64,000 nt of DNA from Bacteroidota bacterium (lineage in GTDB: Bacteria; Bacteroidota; Bacteroidia; Flavobacteriales; Flavobacteriaceae), in the NCBI GenBank assembly GCA_031408435.1, contig JANNWM010000047.1:9349-73348 (forward strand), read 5' to 3'. This document shows, piece after piece, positions 58,280 to 64,000 of this stretch. The notes beneath the pieces are model-generated. The model did no database searches. It saw nothing but the letters and a program-made list of their open reading frames with translations, and was not told where the DNA came from. The translations under genes and the position numbers were made by a program. Positions within the stretch are counted from its first letter, which is position 1. Every line of letters begins with the position of its first letter.

Positions 58280-58302
58280 CTATTTTATATAAACGAGCAA
58301 TT

Positions 58303-58779
58303 ATGAGCGCAGTATCTTATTACACAGCAGAAGGATTAAAAAAATTACGTGACGAACTAGATTATTTAAAAGGAGTTATGCGTCCAAAAGCATCTGCAGA
58401 TATTGCCGAAGCAAGAGACAAAGGCGATTTGTCTGAAAATGCAGAATACGACGCTGCCAAAGAAGCACAAGGCATGCTTGAAATGCGAATTGCCAAACTT
58501 GAAGAAGTGCATTCTAACGCTAGATTAATCGATGAGTCTACACTAGATACATCAAAAGTTTTGGCATTATCGAATGTGAAAATCAAGAACCAAACCAACG
58601 GAATGGAAATGAAATATTTGCTTGTTGCAGAAAGCGAAGCCGATTTAAAAACTGGTAAAATATCTGTAACTTCGCCTATCGGAAAAGGTTTATTGGGTAA
58701 AAAAGTTGGCGAAATTGCCGAAATTACCGTTCCAAATGGTATTATAAAATTCGAAATTTTAGAAATCTGGAGGGATTAG
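58303..58779 (+). CDS. greA: Transcription elongation factor GreA
   Basis: ARDKGDLSENAEYDAAKE, ISVTSPIGKGLLG. Confidence 0.98.
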   Translation: MSAVSYYTAEGLKKLRDELDYLKGVMRPKASADIAEARDKGDLSENAEYDAAKEAQGMLEMRIAKLEEVHSNARLIDESTLDTSKVLALSNVKIKNQTNGMEMKYLLVAESEADLKTGKISVTSPIGKGLLGKKVGEIAEITVPNGIIKFEILEIWRD

Positions 58780-58835
58780 TTTTTTAGTTTCAGTCTTAGT
58801 TTTCAGTATATAAACAATCTAAATTTTTTCTAACA

Positions 58836-59222
58836 ATGACTATTTTTTCTAAAATAATTAACGGTGAAATTCTTAGTTATAAAATTGCTGAAACTGCCGA
58901 TTTTTTAGCCTTTCTAGATGTTAATCCAAATGCAATTGGTCATACTTTGTGCATTCCTAAGCAAGAAATAAATAAAATATTTGACTTAAAAAACGATTTA
59001 TATATAGAATTGATGCTTTTTTCTAAGAAAATAGCAATTGCATTAGAGAAAACTATTCCTTGTAAAAGAATAGGAATGGCAGTTATTGGTCTAGAAGTTC
59101 CGCACGCTCATGTGCATTTAATTCCGCTCAACGAAATGGAGGAAATGCGTTTTCAAAACAAAGTTTCGTTATCCAAAGAAGAATTTGAAGCATTAGTCAT
59201 ACAAATTCAATCAAATTTATAG
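58836..59222 (+). CDS. HIT family protein
   Basis: AFLDVNP, GHTLCIPK, histidine triad HAHVHLIP. Confidence 0.95.
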   Translation: MTIFSKIINGEILSYKIAETADFLAFLDVNPNAIGHTLCIPKQEINKIFDLKNDLYIELMLFSKKIAIALEKTIPCKRIGMAVIGLEVPHAHVHLIPLNEMEEMRFQNKVSLSKEEFEALVIQIQSNL

Positions 59223-59263
59223 TTTTTATTTTTACAATTATTCTAAAAAACTAATTAGAACTT

Positions 59264-59998
59264 ATGGCAGTTAAAATAAAATCGACTTCAGGAAAAAAAA
59301 TACCGCAAAACACAAGTTTAAAATTTAAGTTTTTTAGACTTTTAAAAAAAATAATTTTATATTTTTTTGCAATTTCAGTTTTGTTGGTTATTGTTTATAA
59401 GTTTATTCCTGTACCGTTCACGCCATTAATGATAACCCGCTCGATTGAACAAAAACTCGATGGAAAAGAAATGACATGCAGCCACGATTGGGTTTCGATA
59501 GACGAAATTTCGCTTAATCTACAAAAAGCGGTAATTGCTAGCGAGGACGGAACTTTTATGCAACATCATGGATTTGATTTTACTGCAATGCAAAAAGCCT
59601 TTAAAAGTAATAACAAAGGAAAAAAAATTAAAGGCGGAAGCACAATTAGTCAACAAACTGCCAAAAACGTATTCTTGTGGCAAGGTCGAAGTTATATTCG
59701 TAAAATATTCGAAGCTTATTTCACTTTTTTAATAGAATTTATTTGGGGAAAAGAACGCATTCTCGAAGTATATCTTAATTCTATCGAAATGGGAAATGGT
59801 GTTTATGGTGCTCAAGCTGCTGCCAAACATTGGTATAAGAAAGATGCCAAAAGTCTTTCGGTGCAACAAGCCGCTGGAATTGCTGCCATATTGCCAAATC
59901 CTAGAAAATACAAAGCAACAGATTCTTCATCATACATTAACCGCAGAAAAGTTAAAATTGCCAAACTAATAAAATATGTTGGAAAATTGGATTTTTAA
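59264..59998 (+). CDS. mtgA: Monofunctional peptidoglycan glycosyltransferase
   Basis: ASEDGTF..HHGFD, GGSTISQQTAKN, RK..EA, YLNSIEMG. Confidence 0.95.
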   Translation: MAVKIKSTSGKKIPQNTSLKFKFFRLLKKIILYFFAISVLLVIVYKFIPVPFTPLMITRSIEQKLDGKEMTCSHDWVSIDEISLNLQKAVIASEDGTFMQHHGFDFTAMQKAFKSNNKGKKIKGGSTISQQTAKNVFLWQGRSYIRKIFEAYFTFLIEFIWGKERILEVYLNSIEMGNGVYGAQAAAKHWYKKDAKSLSVQQAAGIAAILPNPRKYKATDSSSYINRRKVKIAKLIKYVGKLDF

Positions 59999-60008
59999 TT
60001 TTTTTGAA

Positions 60009-60057
60009 AATCTGTAACCTGCAATCTAAAATCATTAATCAACATTCCAAAATCAAT
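60009..60057 (+). repeat. Seven in-phase degenerate heptamers
   Basis: AATCTGT AACCTGC AATCTAA AATCATT AATCAAC ATTCCAA AATCAAT. Confidence 0.8.
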
Positions 60058-61402
60058 GATGAACTGGGAACAATTATTATCTTTAAAACGCCAAGGCGAC
60101 TCGAGCAAACGTTTACGCAAAGAGCAAGACGATACCAGATTGGGTTTCGAAGTCGATTATGACCGCATAATTTTTTCGGCAGCATTTAGAAGTTTGCAAG
60201 ATAAAACACAAGTTATTCCGATGTCCAAAACCGATTTTGTTCACACACGATTAACGCATAGCCTAGAAGTTTCGGTGGTTGGTCGGTCGATTGGTCGATT
60301 GGTCGGCAAAAAAATTATTGAGAAATACCCGCATTTGCATACCATTCATGGCTATGAATTTAACGATTTTGGAGCCATTGTTGCTGCAGCATCTTTGGCA
60401 CACGATATTGGCAATCCGCCGTTTGGACATTCGGGCGAAAAAGCAATTGGCGAATATTTTTCGATAGGAAATGGACAACAATTCAAAGAATATTTAACCG
60501 ATAAACAATGGCAAGATCTTATAGATTTTGAAGGAAACGCCAATGGTTTTTCGGTGCTTACAGCAAACCGCCCAGGAGTTGCGGGCGCAATTAGGCTTAC
60601 TTATGCAGTTTTAGGCGCATTTATGAAATATCCAAAAGAAAGTTTGCCAAAAAAACCAACCAATAATATTGCCGATAAAAAATATGGTTTCTTTCAAACC
60701 GATAAAAATTTCTTTCTAGAAGTTGCATCAGAATTAGGAATGATTCCCAATAAAAGCAATCCAGACGTTGGTTTCGAACGTCATCCGCTGGCATATTTAG
60801 TCGAAGCTGCAGACGATATTTGCTATACAATAATAGATTTTGAAGACGGAATGAATCTTGGATTGGTTTCAGAGGATTTTGCTTTAGAATATTTAATCAA
60901 ATTGGTTAAAGATTCGATAGATTCCAAAAAATACAACACATTAACCACCAAAGAAGACCGAATAAGTTATTTGCGGGCACTGGCAATTGGCAGTTTGATA
61001 AACGATGCAGTAAAAGTTTTTGTCGAGAACGAAGATTTAATTTTATCGGGCAATTTTCCTTATTCAATAATGGATAAAAGCAAGTACAAAGCCCAAATGG
61101 ACGACATTATTAAACTAAGCGTCAAAAATATTTATCAATCTCGTGAAGTTATCGAAAAAGAAATTTCTGGTTACCAGATAATCAATACTTTACTAGATAA
61201 GTTTATTACGGCTTTTAACAATAATCATAACAATTGCGCCACCAACTATGACAATTTGTTAATGCAAATTCTGCCCGAAAAATACAATCTTGAAAAAGAC
61301 AGTTTGTACGAAAGATTGTTACACATTTGTCATTTTATTTCAATGTTAACAGATGGTAATGCTTTAATATATTATCAAAATGTTTCAGGAAAAATTAGTT
61401 AG
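60056..61402 (+). CDS. dgt: Deoxyguanosinetriphosphate triphosphohydrolase
   Basis: DYDRII, RSLQDKTQV, HTRLTHSLEV, HDIGNPPFGHSGE, FEGNAN, EAADDICY. Confidence 0.95.
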   Translation: MMNWEQLLSLKRQGDSSKRLRKEQDDTRLGFEVDYDRIIFSAAFRSLQDKTQVIPMSKTDFVHTRLTHSLEVSVVGRSIGRLVGKKIIEKYPHLHTIHGYEFNDFGAIVAAASLAHDIGNPPFGHSGEKAIGEYFSIGNGQQFKEYLTDKQWQDLIDFEGNANGFSVLTANRPGVAGAIRLTYAVLGAFMKYPKESLPKKPTNNIADKKYGFFQTDKNFFLEVASELGMIPNKSNPDVGFERHPLAYLVEAADDICYTIIDFEDGMNLGLVSEDFALEYLIKLVKDSIDSKKYNTLTTKEDRISYLRALAIGSLINDAVKVFVENEDLILSGNFPYSIMDKSKYKAQMDDIIKLSVKNIYQSREVIEKEISGYQIINTLLDKFITAFNNNHNNCATNYDNLLMQILPEKYNLEKDSLYERLLHICHFISMLTDGNALIYYQNVSGKIS

Positions 61403-61529
61403 ATTGTTAATTAACGATTGTTATTGAAAGTATCAACTCTTAAACAAAGGTTATAATTTCAAAAAAATTTGAAATTTATTTAATTTTTGTTAACTTTACG
61501 CACTATTAAATTATTTACTACTAAAAATT

Positions 61530-64000
61530 ATGAAAAAAAATTTATTTTTATCAATTATTTTGATGTTGTTTTTTGTGTCAGGGTTTTCACAATCCAAAAC
61601 AATAAATAAAATTTCAAAAAAAACAGAAACAACATCATGTGTTGTTAAACCAAGCAAAGAAATTGTTGCTTTAAGAAAAAAACATGCTGATTTTCTTAAA
61701 AACAGTCCTTACAGAATTACTAAAACTTATACAAAACAACAAAGTAAAGCTTTAGGATTGCCTCCAAACAAATATTTTGAAGACAATTGGGAGTTAACCA
61801 TGAATCCAGAAACTGGAAGACCAACTACCGAAAAATTAGTTGCTTTAAGAAAACAATTAGAATTTGAAAAAGCTAACAGTCCACAAAACAGAAATCCTGG
61901 AGACGGAATTGATAATAATTGGATAGAAAGAGGTCCAAATAATGTTGGCGGAAGAGTAAGAGCAGTTATGTTTGATCCAAACGACCCAACTAACGAAACT
62001 GCTTTTGCAGGTGGCGTTTCTGGAGGATTGTGGAAAAACACAAATATTTCAAACCCAACATCAGTTTGGACAAGAGTAGGTATTCCTGATAATCTAGCGA
62101 TTTCTTGTATTACTGTAGATCCAAACAATTCACAATTGTGGTATGTTGGAACGGGAGAATCTTATGTTGGTGGCGATTGTAACGGAGATGGAATTTGGAA
62201 ATCTGCCGATGGTGGTGCAACTTGGAATAATATTTTTGGTGGAATTTCTGGTCCAACTTATTTTAATTCAGCATCTAATTTTACAGTAAACAGTCCTAGC
62301 GGAATTACTGGTAATTATTTGATGGTCGAGGCTCCAGCATCTTTTAGTTCGGCTCCAAGAATTACAAGTATAATTACAAACGAGATTGTTTATAAAAACG
62401 ATATTCCAGTTTTGACAACAGCAACAGTTTGTGATGTTTATGCAAATCCGTCAGATTTATTAGGTAAAATTGCATTAATAAGACGAGGAAATTGTTCTTT
62501 TACATCAAAAGTCAAAACAGCTCAAGACGCTGGTGCAGTAGCAGTAATCATAATGAACAATAATACCGATTTGCCATTTGCAATGGGAGGTACAGATGCA
62601 ACAATTACAATTCCTGCAATAATGATTACAAAAGCAGAAGGCGATATGTTGCAAAACGCACTACTTTCAGGTGCTGTTAATTTGAGCTTAAACCCATCTG
62701 ACGGAACATTTACTGGAAACATGGTACCAGGTGTACAACACATTAACGCTATTAAAATTAGAAATAACGGTGGTGTTTCAGAAATTTATGCAGCAGCTGG
62801 TGATACTTCATACCGTTCAGCGGGAGCAGCAACTTTTTTAGGCGGTACAACTTACGGTTTGTACAAGTCTGTTAACAATGGACTAACCTGGTCTGAAATT
62901 GCAGTGCCATTAACCGCAGCAGGTCACAAACACTCTCCAAATGATATAGAAATAGGTTCTGACAACAAAGTTTGGTTGTCAACAACAGAAAGTACAATTT
63001 TTGGCGATGGTGGTGGAAAAGTTTTTTCTTCTGCTGATGGAACAACTTTTATAGAAAAATTTGCTGTAGCCAACGGAGCGAGAACTCAAATTGCGGTTTC
63101 TAAAAGTACTCCAGGAAAAGTATATGTGGTTGCAGAATTGAACCAACCAGCGGCTCCAGCAGTTGCAATTGTTGAAACAACTATAATCAAAACTAACGAT
63201 GATTTCGCTACAACAACAGTTCTAGCGCAACCAGGGAACATTGCTAACGAAGGAAGAATAACTACTTATGGTTACACAGGTCAACAAGCAAATTATGATT
63301 TGATGTTCGAAATGGACCCAGCAAACGATGAAAAATTAGTTACAGGCGGAATCAACAATTACGACACTGCAGACGGTGGAACTAGCTGGACACAAAGAAG
63401 CAACTGGACTGGTGCAATATTGCAAGAAATGCATTCTGACAGCCATGCTGCTTATTATTCTACCAACGATTCTAACAAAATGTTATTTGGGAACGATGGT
63501 GGCGTTTATTATTCTGGTGATGGTGGAGTAACTATTTCATCAAGAAATTTAGGGCTCAACATTACACAATTTTATAGCTTGGGTGTTGCACCAACCACAA
63601 ACGGAATGCCTGGAGACAATTTTGTAGCTGGAGCACAAGACAATGGCTCTCAAATGTTTTTGAACGCAACTCCAGGACAAAGTGCAACCGAAGAGGTTCA
63701 AGGTGGAGATGGTGCATTTAGCATGTTTGACCAAGATGGTGTTGACCGATACAGAATTACCAATTATGTTTACAACAACACAATAAGATTGTATAATTAT
63801 ACAACTGGTGGTTTAAGAAGTATAAATACTGAATCTGGAACAACAGGAGATAACGGAGCATTTATATCGCCAATGGCTTTAGATTCTAAATTAGATATTT
63901 TATATAGTGATTATACAAAAACTACAAATTATAGAGTAAGACGATATAAAGGAATTAAAGCAGGAGGTTTTCAAAAAGCACCTTTAGCCAATGCTTTGTT
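61530..64000 (+). CDS. Large secreted beta-propeller protein with an inserted PA domain, truncated at the window end
   Basis: Open frame from ATG 61530; signal peptide, WIERGPNNVGGRVRA, GGVSGGLW, BNR-like S.DGG.TW boxes, PA motif GKIALIRRGNCSFTSKVKTAQDAGAVAVII, HSDSH, GNDGG, GAQDNG. Confidence 0.85.
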   Translation, partial: MKKNLFLSIILMLFFVSGFSQSKTINKISKKTETTSCVVKPSKEIVALRKKHADFLKNSPYRITKTYTKQQSKALGLPPNKYFEDNWELTMNPETGRPTTEKLVALRKQLEFEKANSPQNRNPGDGIDNNWIERGPNNVGGRVRAVMFDPNDPTNETAFAGGVSGGLWKNTNISNPTSVWTRVGIPDNLAISCITVDPNNSQLWYVGTGESYVGGDCNGDGIWKSADGGATWNNIFGGISGPTYFNSASNFTVNSPSGITGNYLMVEAPASFSSAPRITSIITNEIVYKNDIPVLTTATVCDVYANPSDLLGKIALIRRGNCSFTSKVKTAQDAGAVAVIIMNNNTDLPFAMGGTDATITIPAIMITKAEGDMLQNALLSGAVNLSLNPSDGTFTGNMVPGVQHINAIKIRNNGGVSEIYAAAGDTSYRSAGAATFLGGTTYGLYKSVNNGLTWSEIAVPLTAAGHKHSPNDIEIGSDNKVWLSTTESTIFGDGGGKVFSSADGTTFIEKFAVANGARTQIAVSKSTPGKVYVVAELNQPAAPAVAIVETTIIKTNDDFATTTVLAQPGNIANEGRITTYGYTGQQANYDLMFEMDPANDEKLVTGGINNYDTADGGTSWTQRSNWTGAILQEMHSDSHAAYYSTNDSNKMLFGNDGGVYYSGDGGVTISSRNLGLNITQFYSLGVAPTTNGMPGDNFVAGAQDNGSQMFLNATPGQSATEEVQGGDGAFSMFDQDGVDRYRITNYVYNNTIRLYNYTTGGLRSINTESGTTGDNGAFISPMALDSKLDILYSDYTKTTNYRVRRYKGIKAGGFQKAPLANAL

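Overview
AT-rich window from a Flavobacterium-like (Bacteroidota) chromosome, judged from gene content, TAnnTTTG promoters and T9SS genes. It holds the gliding-motility genes sprC, sprD, sprB (about 6,220 aa adhesin) and sprF followed by pgk. About 14 kb of housekeeping genes separate sprD from sprB. Other recognisable genes include ompH, a Pif1-like helicase, holB, dut, envC, dprA, ahcY, rnpA, an S41 protease, an ALDH7, greA, mtgA and dgt, plus a truncated T9SS-type protein at the right edge. I saw no rRNA, tRNA, CRISPR array, integrase or transposase. The strongest candidate novel system is at 49.4-53.0 kb: a 63-aa secreted precursor with two copies of PIRNDRPGI that differ only at synonymous sites, a TPR-sensor histidine kinase, a NarL/LuxR response regulator and a small membrane protein. 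The peptide gene and the membrane-protein gene share a 34-bp box placed exactly 19 nt upstream of an identical TAATTTTG promoter element, which fits a peptide-pheromone autoinduction circuit. The second candidate is a four-helix-bundle gene enclosed by heptamer-built inverted and direct repeats, with related heptamer tracts at many other gene junctions. Product names come from recalled family motifs, not database searches.
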